A stretch of 40,174 bases of DNA from Minisyncoccota bacterium (GTDB lineage: Bacteria; Patescibacteriota; Minisyncoccia; Phycocordibacterales; WO2-35-19): the NCBI GenBank assembly GCA_036517695.1, contig DATDVC010000044.1, positions 1-40,174 of the forward strand, read 5' to 3'. Every line of letters starts with the position of its first letter. The stretch's first letter is position 1. Below are positions 8,493 to 16,257 of the stretch, piece after piece. The notes beneath the pieces are model-generated. The model was not told the DNA's origin. It ran no database searches and saw nothing but the letters and a program-made list of their open reading frames with translations. The position numbers were made by a program, and so were the translations under genes.

Positions 8493-8524
8493 CTTTTTGT
8501 TGTAATTCGCATGATTTTCGTATG
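8484..8524 (+). repeat. copy 3 of the ~40-bp repeat, ending in the ftsW start codon
   Basis: ttttcgtagctttttgttgtaattcgcatgattttcgtATG. Confidence 0.75.
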
Positions 8525-9622
8525 AAAAAGATTGGAAAAATAAGCCGGCCGTTTTTGTTCTGGACTATCGCGCTCGTGGTAGCCGGCTTTTTTATTTTTA
8601 TGTCTGCTTCACTCGGTGAACTAGCCAGGAATGAAGTCAAATTTTCTAGCGTGGCATTCAACCAAGTTTTTTTTGGCTTATTCTTGGGATCTATCGCATG
8701 CATTTTCTTCGCCCGCATCGACTACCATATTTGGAAAAAATGGGCTTTTGTAGCTTTCGTGGGTTCTATAATCCTCACTCTTTTGGTTTTCGTGCCCAAA
8801 ATCGGTCTTGAACACGGTGGCGCAAAAAGATGGATTGATCTTGGTTTTATAACGTTCCAACCCTCTGAAATTTTGAAGGTTGCTTTTGTGGCATATTTCG
8901 CCGCATGGCTTTCTGGCATAAAAAAGAAGGTTGAGACTTTTTCCTGGGGTCTTGTGCCTTTTTTGGTTTTTCTTGTCTTGTTGGGCGGGATACTCTTATC
9001 TCAACCAGATACTGACACCTTTGCTGTTATTATGTTTGCGGCTTTGGGCATGTATTTTGCCTCCGGCGCGAAGTGGAGACATATATTTGCCATAATGATC
9101 GCCGGAGCAGGAGTATTGGCGCTTCTGGCCTTTACCAGACCATATGTAATGCAAAGAATCCAATCAATGCTCGACCCCGGCTCCAATCACCAAACCTCGA
9201 GTTATCAGTTAAATCAATCTCTCATAGCGGTTGGATCTGGCAGAATATGGGGCAGGGGATTCGGACAAAGTATCCAAAAATTTGCCTACTTGCCAGAACC
9301 GATAGGTGACTCGGTTTTTGCCGTAGCCGCGGAAGAATTCGGATTTGTGGGAACTTTCACACTCATAGCCATTTTTGTAATGTTTGGACTTGAAGGCCTC
9401 AAAATATCAGCTCGAGCAAACGATGATTTTGGTAGACTGTTTTCAATGGGAATTGTTATACTTATAGTATCCCAGGCAATGATCAACATTGGCGGTATAA
9501 CAGGCGTGCTCCCTCTGACCGGGATCCCCCTGCCATTTGTCAGTCATGGCGGGACAGCCCTTTTTATAAACCTAATCGAAGTCGGAATCATTATGAATAT
9601 TTCAAGGAGCAGTAAGAAATAA
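8522..9622 (+). CDS. ftsW: SEDS-family peptidoglycan glycosyltransferase FtsW/RodA
   Basis: 366-aa polytopic protein. Conserved block LPEPIGDSVFAVAAEEFGFVG and C-terminal PLPFVSHGGTA. Located between mraY and murG. Confidence 0.9.
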   Translation: MKKIGKISRPFLFWTIALVVAGFFIFMSASLGELARNEVKFSSVAFNQVFFGLFLGSIACIFFARIDYHIWKKWAFVAFVGSIILTLLVFVPKIGLEHGGAKRWIDLGFITFQPSEILKVAFVAYFAAWLSGIKKKVETFSWGLVPFLVFLVLLGGILLSQPDTDTFAVIMFAALGMYFASGAKWRHIFAIMIAGAGVLALLAFTRPYVMQRIQSMLDPGSNHQTSSYQLNQSLIAVGSGRIWGRGFGQSIQKFAYLPEPIGDSVFAVAAEEFGFVGTFTLIAIFVMFGLEGLKISARANDDFGRLFSMGIVILIVSQAMINIGGITGVLPLTGIPLPFVSHGGTALFINLIEVGIIMNISRSSKK

Positions 9623-9623
9623 A

Positions 9624-10757
9624 ATGAAAATAGTTTTTACAGGAGGAGGTACAGGTGGGCACTTTTACCCCATAATCGCGATAGCCGAATCAATCAAAAA
9701 AATTGTAACGGAGAAAAAATTGGTCGATTTGGATTTATTTTTCTTCGGACCAACACCATACAACCAGGGTATCCTTTATGACCACAATATAGAATACAAA
9801 AAGGTTGTTGCCGGAAAAATGCGCAGATATTTTTCGATATTAAACTTCATCGATTTGTTTAAAACCGGCTTTGGATCTTTGGGGGCTTTATTCAAACTTT
9901 TTGACGTATTCCCAGATGTAGTTTTTAGCAAAGGAGGTTTCGGCAGTTTCCCCACGGTGCTCGCCGCGCGCATCTTGCGCATACCCGTAGTTCTGCATGA
10001 ATCAGACTCTGCCCCGGGAAGAGTGAATAAATGGACGGGCAAATTTGCCACCCGAATAGCTCTCTCTTACAAAGAAGCCGCAGAATATTTTGACCCGCAA
10101 AAAGTGGCTTTCACTGGGCAACCTATTCTAGAAGACAAGCTCAACCGTCTTACCACCAACGCATTTGAATTTTTCGAGTTGGACAAAAGCGTCCCTGTAA
10201 TATTCATAATGGGTGGATCACAAGGAGCAGAAACAATAAACAATGCCGTACTTGACTCTCTACCCGGCTTAGTGAAAAGCTACCAAATACTTCACCAGAC
10301 CGGCGCGGCCCATTTAGAAGTGATGAAAGAGTCAGCATCCGCGATACTTCTCGGTAATGAAAATAAAAGCCGATACAGACCATTTGCATACATGAACAGC
10401 TTCGAGATGCGCATGGCAGCAGGAGCGTCTTCACTTGTGATCAGCAGGGCCGGCTCGACTATATTTGAGATAGCTTCATGGGAAGTGCCTTCGATCATTA
10501 TTCCCATAGAGGACTCCAATGAAAATCACCAGGTCAAAAACGCGTTTGCCTATGCCCACTCCGGAGCTTGTAGCGTGCTTCAGGAAGAAAATTTGAAGAC
10601 GCACATTTTGTTGGCAGAGATTAACAGGGTTTTGGGCAGTGAAGAAATTATGCAACGCATGCGCGAAGGCGCAAAAAACTTCTTCAAACCCGGCGCCGCC
10701 GACCAAATCGCCAAAGAACTTGTAGCAATTGCGCTGTCACACCAGAAATTAGACTAG
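9624..10757 (+). CDS. murG: UDP-N-acetylglucosamine--N-acetylmuramyl-(pentapeptide) pyrophosphoryl-undecaprenol GlcNAc transferase
   Basis: 377 aa. N-terminal GGGTGGHFYP, central GGSQGA, C-terminal SRAGSTIFE. Confidence 0.92.
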   Translation: MKIVFTGGGTGGHFYPIIAIAESIKKIVTEKKLVDLDLFFFGPTPYNQGILYDHNIEYKKVVAGKMRRYFSILNFIDLFKTGFGSLGALFKLFDVFPDVVFSKGGFGSFPTVLAARILRIPVVLHESDSAPGRVNKWTGKFATRIALSYKEAAEYFDPQKVAFTGQPILEDKLNRLTTNAFEFFELDKSVPVIFIMGGSQGAETINNAVLDSLPGLVKSYQILHQTGAAHLEVMKESASAILLGNENKSRYRPFAYMNSFEMRMAAGASSLVISRAGSTIFEIASWEVPSIIIPIEDSNENHQVKNAFAYAHSGACSVLQEENLKTHILLAEINRVLGSEEIMQRMREGAKNFFKPGAADQIAKELVAIALSHQKLD

Positions 10758-10797
10758 TTTTACTCTTGCAACGCAAGGGCTGGGTAAAATAAGATTT

Positions 10798-10806
10798 TGC
10801 TATAAT
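10798..10806 (+). promoter_or_regulatory. extended -10 box (TGcTATAAT) 8 nt before the gltX ATG
   Basis: tgcTATAAT at 10798-10806 and ATG at 10815. There is no SD and the predicted leader is 0-2 nt. Confidence 0.35.
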
Positions 10807-10814
10807 TTTTAAGT

Positions 10815-12194
10815 ATGGAAAAAAAAGACATTGTCATTGTACGATTTCCGCCAAGCCCTACGGGATTTTTGCAAATGGGCAACGTGCGGACGCTTATCTA
10901 TAATTATCTCTTTGCAAAGAAACATGGTGGCAAGTTTTTGGTGCGTATAGAAGACACAGACAAAGTTCGATCAACAAAGGAATACGAGGATGCGATTTTT
11001 AGCGATTTGGAATGGCTCGGGCTCGATTATGACAACAAGCAAGAAGTTTGGAGATCTTCGGAAAGAAACGATGTTTACAAAAGCAAAATCCAAGAACTCT
11101 TAAAAAATGGTTCGGCTTATATTTCAGAGGAAACAGAAGGTGAAAACAAGGAAGTGGTTAGATTTAAAAATCCTGGTGGTAAGATAAAATTCCACGATCT
11201 CATCCGGGGAGATATAGAGATAGATGTGAATGATCTGGGAGACTTCATAATCGCACGAAACATAAATGACCCTCTTTATCACTTGGCCGTCTGCATTGAC
11301 GATGTCGAAAGTGGTATCACCCACATAATCCGTGGCGATGATCATATCTCAAACACACCTCGACAAATTTTAATACTTGAGGCACTGGGTGGTAAGAGAC
11401 CCATCTATGCCCATCTGCCACTAGTCTTGGCGCCTGACAAATCAAAACTCTCTAAAAGAAAACATGGTGAAAGTGTTTCGTTAAAATATTACAAGGAGAA
11501 AGGGTACGAACCACAAGCTGTTTTAAATTTTCTTGCGCTTATTGGATGGAATCCGGGAACTGATCAGGAAATTTTTACTCTGGAAGAACTTGTGAAAGCT
11601 TTTGATCTTTCAAAGGTCCAAAAAAAGGGAGGTATCTTCAATGTGGAAAAACTTGACTGGGTAAACCGCGAACACATTCTCCATACTCCGCTCAAATCTC
11701 AAATCTCAAATCTCAAATCCGAAATAAATAAAACCAAATTCCAAAATCACCAAAAAATTTCAGATGGAGAATTTATTGAAAAGTTTTTAAAAATCATTTT
11801 GGATCGGGTTCACCGATGGGGAGAAGTGAGTGAACTTTTGGAAGCAGGGGAGTTTGATTATCTTTTCGAAACACCGGTCTTGGATCCAGAAAAGATAACT
11901 TGGAAAAATCAAACAAAAGAAGAAGCAAAAAATAATTTGGAGCAACTACTAAAAATTCTCGCCCCCTCTCCTTTGCAAGGAGAGGCCCGCCCGCCTGGAC
12001 GGCACGTCGGGCGGGGGATAAGGGGTGAGGTAGAAAAATTTGCAGAAAAAGAGGGGAAAGGAGAGACTTTGTGGCCCTTGCGCTACTCCCTATCGGGAAA
12101 GGAAAAATCTCCAGATCCATTTACCTTAATCCAAATCCTCGGCAAGCAAGAGACCATTGATCGAATCCAAAACGCCATTGAAACTTTGAAATGA
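10815..12194 (+). CDS. gltX: glutamyl-tRNA synthetase (atypical HIGH motif, two internal repeat insertions)
   Basis: 459 aa. RFPPSPTGFLQMGNVRT, HLAVCIDDVESGITHIIRGDDHISNTPRQ, and KLSKRK as the KMSKS motif. Confidence 0.9.
   Translation: MEKKDIVIVRFPPSPTGFLQMGNVRTLIYNYLFAKKHGGKFLVRIEDTDKVRSTKEYEDAIFSDLEWLGLDYDNKQEVWRSSERNDVYKSKIQELLKNGSAYISEETEGENKEVVRFKNPGGKIKFHDLIRGDIEIDVNDLGDFIIARNINDPLYHLAVCIDDVESGITHIIRGDDHISNTPRQILILEALGGKRPIYAHLPLVLAPDKSKLSKRKHGESVSLKYYKEKGYEPQAVLNFLALIGWNPGTDQEIFTLEELVKAFDLSKVQKKGGIFNVEKLDWVNREHILHTPLKSQISNLKSEINKTKFQNHQKISDGEFIEKFLKIILDRVHRWGEVSELLEAGEFDYLFETPVLDPEKITWKNQTKEEAKNNLEQLLKILAPSPLQGEARPPGRHVGRGIRGEVEKFAEKEGKGETLWPLRYSLSGKEKSPDPFTLIQILGKQETIDRIQNAIETLK
11691..11718 (+). 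repeat. (ctcaaat)x4 heptanucleotide tandem repeat inside gltX
   Basis: Four perfect 7-bp units, encoding LKSQISNLK. Confidence 0.9.
11961..12032 (+). repeat. GC-rich double-hairpin element inserted in frame in gltX
   Basis: cctctcctt/aaggagagg hairpin, cccgcccg/cgggcggg hairpin, and a terminal ggggtgaggt. Much more GC-rich than the flanking sequence by eye. Translated as PSPLQGEARPPGRHVGRGIRGEV. Confidence 0.7.
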
Positions 12195-13471
12195 AAACGA
12201 GTATGTATATAAAATTTAAATTATATTTGGGGCTGTTGATTCTTTGTTCCATCGTGACTCTACCTTACATTACGCATTCTCAATCTGCAGGAGAATTGCA
12301 AGACAAAATAGATTCTCATAACGATAAGATTAAAAAGCTGGAGGAAGACATGAAGGCCTACGAAAAACAAATAGAAACGGTTGGAACCGAAGCAAAAACT
12401 CTGCAAAACGCCATCAAAACTCTAGACATCAGCAAGCAAAAAATAAGCACTGAAATCAAAAAAACCCAAACTGGGATTGAAAAAACAAACTTGTCGATAG
12501 AACAACTGGGTAGCGAAATTGGCAACATAGAGCAAAAGATAGAGTCCAATATTGAGATCATTGAAAAAGCCATAAGAAACATGAATCAAAATGATGACAA
12601 AACGCTTCTCGAAAGCTTCCTCGAGAGCAAGAGTTTGGCGGAAGTTTTGGATGAATATGAGTCGGTAAGTCAGTTCCAACAAAAGATACGCGAACAGTCG
12701 AAAGAACTTGCCTATTATAAAGAAGATCTATCCGGCAAAAAAACTGTCGCGGAAAAAGAAAAGAAAAATCTAGTAACTCTAAAGTCAGATCTGGACGACC
12801 AGAACCAAATATTGGACATAAACAAAAAGGAAAAAAATCAGCTTCTTTCTGAAACCAAAAGCAAGGAAAGCGCTTATAAAACACTACTTGCAAGCAGACA
12901 AGCCGAAAAAGAAAAATTCGAACGCGAGCTTTTTGAATTTGAATCACAATTAAAAAAAGTGATAGACCCAAACAGCTTCCCCACCGCAGGGAAGGGAATA
13001 CTCAAATACCCTCTTGATAACATCACAGTAACCCAAGCTTTCGGCAGGACGGTCGACGCTAAAAAGCTTTACGTGTCAGGGACCCACAACGGAGTCGACT
13101 TCAGGGCTAGTCGTGGCACTCCAGTTAAAGCTTCTCTTGACGGAATCGTTGAAGGATTGGGAAATACAGACTCGCAGAAAGGTTGCTACTCTTACGGCAA
13201 ATGGGTTTTGATAAAACACCCGAATGGACTATCGACCCTTTACGCTCATCTCGATTTGATAAAAGTATCATCCGGACAAAGCGTAGAAACCGGCGAACTG
13301 TTGGGCTACAGCGGGCAAACCGGCTACGCCACAGGCCCGCACCTTCACTTTACAGTTTACGCAAGCCAAGGTGTTGAGATCCAAAGATACTCTTCAAGCA
13401 AGAATTGCAAAAATGTCGACATCCCCATAGCTGACAGCCAAGCATACCTTGACCCTATGTTATACTTCTAG
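12191..13471 (+). CDS. M23-family peptidase with an N-terminal coiled coil (EnvC-like)
   Basis: 426 aa: signal/TM segment, a long coiled coil, then LytM-type motifs HNGVDF and GPHLHF. The start overlaps the gltX stop (ATGA). Confidence 0.88.
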   Translation: MKTSMYIKFKLYLGLLILCSIVTLPYITHSQSAGELQDKIDSHNDKIKKLEEDMKAYEKQIETVGTEAKTLQNAIKTLDISKQKISTEIKKTQTGIEKTNLSIEQLGSEIGNIEQKIESNIEIIEKAIRNMNQNDDKTLLESFLESKSLAEVLDEYESVSQFQQKIREQSKELAYYKEDLSGKKTVAEKEKKNLVTLKSDLDDQNQILDINKKEKNQLLSETKSKESAYKTLLASRQAEKEKFERELFEFESQLKKVIDPNSFPTAGKGILKYPLDNITVTQAFGRTVDAKKLYVSGTHNGVDFRASRGTPVKASLDGIVEGLGNTDSQKGCYSYGKWVLIKHPNGLSTLYAHLDLIKVSSGQSVETGELLGYSGQTGYATGPHLHFTVYASQGVEIQRYSSSKNCKNVDIPIADSQAYLDPMLYF

Positions 13472-13473
13472 AC

Positions 13474-13722
13474 ATGAAAAAAACTAGCCAAAAAGGTTTT
13501 ATACGAGCAACCTTGATCATAGTCGGGGCTTTAGTCGTCCTTAAATACGCTTACGACATAGACGTCGTTGAATTTCTAACAACCGGCAATTTTAGGAAAA
13601 TATTGGATAAATTTTATAATTTAGGATCAGCCGGCTGGGAAAAGTATAGGGAACTAATCTTGAAGGTTTGGGATTACATTTGGACGCTAGCAAAGAATAC
13701 AATCTCCAAAATAAAAAATTAA
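13474..13722 (+). CDS. hypothetical small membrane-anchored protein
   Basis: 82 aa with one N-terminal TM helix (ATLIIVGALVVLKYA). Tightly coupled to the preceding gene. Confidence 0.5.
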   Translation: MKKTSQKGFIRATLIIVGALVVLKYAYDIDVVEFLTTGNFRKILDKFYNLGSAGWEKYRELILKVWDYIWTLAKNTISKIKN

Positions 13723-13863
13723 CGAACAGGGGAGCCGTTTTAAACATCCGTAAACCCGTCTTTAGTTTAAATGATAGGTATGGTTTACAAGATATATTGT
13801 GGGACGTTTATATAGCTTATGGCTATGGATGGTCATCTATTTTATTTATTTTTATATCTACAT

Positions 13864-13906
13864 AAAAACAAAATCCCCTACCACAAGGATAAGAGATTTT
13901 GTTTTT
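13864..13906. terminator. AT-rich hairpin between convergent genes
   Basis: aaaaacaaaatc(13864-13875)/gattttgttttt(13895-13906): a 12-bp stem that includes A/T tracts on both sides. Confidence 0.45.
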
Positions 13907-13910
13907 AATT

Positions 13911-14450
13911 TTATCTAACTGCCAACGCGTTATATTCGGAGTATGCCGCAGTTTTTTTCCAACATGGGGCAGAGGAGGACCAGGGCTGAACTCCATATTT
14001 CTCGAAAAGATATCTCGCATAAGCGGTATTCCCTTCTATGGTCAATATGTTGTATCCAAGTCTTGCTGAATCCTCGTTGTGGTAATACTCGTTGATTTGC
14101 ATCACGCCTCTGTCCAAATTGTTCACTTCGCCACGAAGAATATCTCCTCTGTGATCGTGCTGACGAAATCTGGATTCACACTTTGCGATTTCAACCATTA
14201 CCGGTATGTCGGAAAAATAATTTCTGACATACTCTTCTACTGTTATACTTTTTTCAATGTCCTTATTCTCTACCGTCTTACTAGTTTTAACGTAGTTCGG
14301 AGAGAGCATGTCCTGAACAGTCTTTTCTGGCATAACTTGAGGTATTGCACTCACAGCGCCAAGTCCGGCAATGTTCGAGGCCATCATAACGAATCCCAAA
14401 ACTGTAGTTTGGAAAATAAGCCAATTGTTTAATTTTAATCTCTCCCCCAC
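13911..14450 (-). CDS. secreted lysozyme-like / lytic-transglycosylase-like protein
   Basis: 179 aa with a GTG start and a signal-anchor. AKCESRFRQ...RGVMQINEYYH resembles the catalytic Glu plus G-x-MQI block of the lysozyme-like (SLT/transglycosylase-like) superfamily. Confidence 0.65.
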   Translation of the reverse strand: MGERLKLNNWLIFQTTVLGFVMMASNIAGLGAVSAIPQVMPEKTVQDMLSPNYVKTSKTVENKDIEKSITVEEYVRNYFSDIPVMVEIAKCESRFRQHDHRGDILRGEVNNLDRGVMQINEYYHNEDSARLGYNILTIEGNTAYARYLFEKYGVQPWSSSAPCWKKTAAYSEYNALAVR

Positions 14451-14614
14451 CCTGATTATTTAGCCGAATGGGCAAGAAAAGAGTAGGGACATCATTTAGA
14501 TAATCCTCAAGCGCGAACCTGTTTTTTCCACCAGTGAATCCGGCGAGTTTAACATTTTTTTGCTTGAGCCAAAAAACATCCCTAAAAACAACAAATCCAG
14601 CTTTCACTGGAACT
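14451..14614 (-). promoter_or_regulatory. predicted ~160-nt structured 5' leader of the lytic-transglycosylase-like gene
   Basis: Nested helices (minus-strand RNA): UAGGGAUGU (14576-14584) with AUGUCCCUA (14484-14492), and CUCAAGC (14562-14568) with GCUUGAG (14506-14512). A possible long-range pairing joins CCAGUGAA (14603-14610) and UUCACUGG (14531-14538). Confidence 0.35.
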
Positions 14615-14620
14615 ACATAC

Positions 14621-14649
14621 AGTATAGCATATTTATCGATTGACGTCAA
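14621..14649 (-). promoter_or_regulatory. sigma70-type promoter (TTGACG-17-TATACT)
   Basis: On the minus strand: -35 TTGACG (rc of 14644-14649), a 17-nt spacer, -10 TATACT (rc of 14621-14626). Confidence 0.5.
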
Positions 14650-14660
14650 TAGATAAATAT
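14629..14660. repeat. 32-bp near-perfect palindrome centred on TGACGTCA
   Basis: atatttatcgattgacg|tcaatagataaatat, with 15 of 16 positions symmetric. It makes the ORFs on both strands begin MTSIDKY. Confidence 0.9.
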
Positions 14661-14685
14661 TGTGCTATTTTGGCCTGTTTTATGG

Positions 14686-16215
14686 CTAAAATACCACCAA
14701 ATCACCTGGGTTTAAGCCATCTACAACCTCTGCCATTCCATCGCTCCCCTCTCTTCCAAGATTTATTTCTATTTTTTCTTGCTTTCCATTTACTACCTTA
14801 TTTACAAAACTTTTCCCGTCCTCTTTACTGACGGCATACAAAGGCAAAACAACAGCATTGTCTATTTTGGAAGTCTCTATCTTTAGATCGGCCGTGAGAC
14901 CGTTTTTTATCCTAGGATCAATACCGTCATAATTCCAAGAGACTGTCCCGTCTTCCAATTTTTCTATATTTCCAAAATCGACTCTGATTTTATAATTGAC
15001 AACACCTTCAACTAAGATATCGCCCGGCTCAATAAAAGATACAAATCCTCTAAAATCTTCACCCGGGAATGCATCAAACTTCACAGATACGGAGTTGCCT
15101 TCTTTTAGTTTGCCTATGTTTATCTCTGATATGTTGGCTTCTATATACATATCCTGATTGCTTGTCATGGAGACAAGTGTTTCTCCCGCATTCACTGCCG
15201 CTCCGACTTTCGCGTCTTGGACTGTGATCAATCCGTCAAATGGAGCTCTGATGACCGCTTTACCTAGAGTTGCTTCAAGGGAAGAGAGAGCGCTTCTTGC
15301 TTGGTCTACCTTTGCCTTTTGGATTAGCACGTCCTTGTATTCGCCAGTCTGACTATCCAACTGGGGAGCAAGGTTAAGCTTGTCTTTGGCAGAAATAAGA
15401 CTAGCAAACGAGGTGGCCACGTCAGATCTTGCATTTGATATTGAGGTTTTGTAGCCATTAACCGTAGTCTCATATTCAAAATTTGCCGGAGAAAATGAAT
15501 TCATCGCAGAAGCCACACTGTCAAGAAAATCAAGAATGGTCTTCATGTTCGAGATTGCTTTTTCGGTACTTTTATATGGATCCGTCTCTAAACTTTCGGT
15601 GTTTTTAGAAGCTTCCCATGCTTTTAAAATTTCCTCTATTATTATCCTTTCATTGTTTAAAGCCAAAGACTGTTCGGTTGGAACAGGAAAATAGTGTATG
15701 AAATTGCCATCAGTAAAGCTGACCTCAAACCTGGGGTTTTGTGGCACATTTTCGAAAAACTGATCAACTTTATTTCTGATGGCATTGTCAGAAGTAAGGA
15801 AAGCGTCCTGCAAGGCGACTTCAAGCGAGCGCGCAGAATCTTCATAGGACCTAGGAGAGACATTTTCTATTTCTCGCAACCTCAAAATCTCTTCATCTAG
15901 AACAGCTCTCGCTTTTGCTATATCAGAAGAAACTTCTCCAGACTCCAAAGAAGCTATTGTCTCTCCAGCCCTTACAAAATCGCCGACAGACGCCCGCACA
16001 ATCGCCACCCTCCCGGATTTGTCAAAGCCAAGATCAACGCTTCTGGCAGGTTTGACCTTCCCCGTAGCGGCCACTTCTTGCACTATTTCTCCCCTCTCTA
16101 CCGTAAGAATCTGCCCTCCATTTTCTCCGCCAAAAACAAAGATCGATGCAATGCCGAGCGCCACCAAGATTCCAAAAATGACCTTCTTTGATTTAAGTAT
16201 TTTCGCAAAATTCAT
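14686..16215 (-). CDS. HlyD/MacA-type periplasmic adaptor (membrane-fusion) protein
   Basis: 509 aa with an N-terminal TM, a lipoyl/barrel-sandwich segment (GEIVQEVAATGKVKP...ASVGDFVRAGETIASLE), a long alpha-hairpin and a C-terminal beta-barrel. Last gene of the permease-ATPase-adaptor operon. Confidence 0.8.
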   Translation of the reverse strand: MNFAKILKSKKVIFGILVALGIASIFVFGGENGGQILTVERGEIVQEVAATGKVKPARSVDLGFDKSGRVAIVRASVGDFVRAGETIASLESGEVSSDIAKARAVLDEEILRLREIENVSPRSYEDSARSLEVALQDAFLTSDNAIRNKVDQFFENVPQNPRFEVSFTDGNFIHYFPVPTEQSLALNNERIIIEEILKAWEASKNTESLETDPYKSTEKAISNMKTILDFLDSVASAMNSFSPANFEYETTVNGYKTSISNARSDVATSFASLISAKDKLNLAPQLDSQTGEYKDVLIQKAKVDQARSALSSLEATLGKAVIRAPFDGLITVQDAKVGAAVNAGETLVSMTSNQDMYIEANISEINIGKLKEGNSVSVKFDAFPGEDFRGFVSFIEPGDILVEGVVNYKIRVDFGNIEKLEDGTVSWNYDGIDPRIKNGLTADLKIETSKIDNAVVLPLYAVSKEDGKSFVNKVVNGKQEKIEINLGREGSDGMAEVVDGLNPGDLVVF

Positions 16216-16257
16216 AGATGCTTATTCTAACACAATATTTACATTTTTAAATGGTTT

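Noticed and set aside
11794-12120. Minus-strand 108-aa ORF crossing the GC-rich element in gltX.
   Set aside because: It is kept open only by the GC-rich palindrome. It lies antisense to a well-supported gltX frame.
14451-14614. The leader of the lytic-transglycosylase-like gene could be a ydaO/c-di-AMP riboswitch.
   Set aside because: The conserved blocks I recall for ydaO (GGGGACCCA, GGGGUGAAUCC, CCCGAAUCCGUCAGCUAACCUCGUAAGCG) are absent. Only generic helices are visible, so it is reported as an unclassified leader.
14287-14831. Two ORFs (14287..14649 minus, 14640..14831 plus) that both begin MTSIDKY.
   Set aside because: The identical N-termini are a mirror artefact of the 32-bp palindrome. 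Both ORFs run out of frame into better-supported genes (the lytic-transglycosylase-like and HlyD genes).
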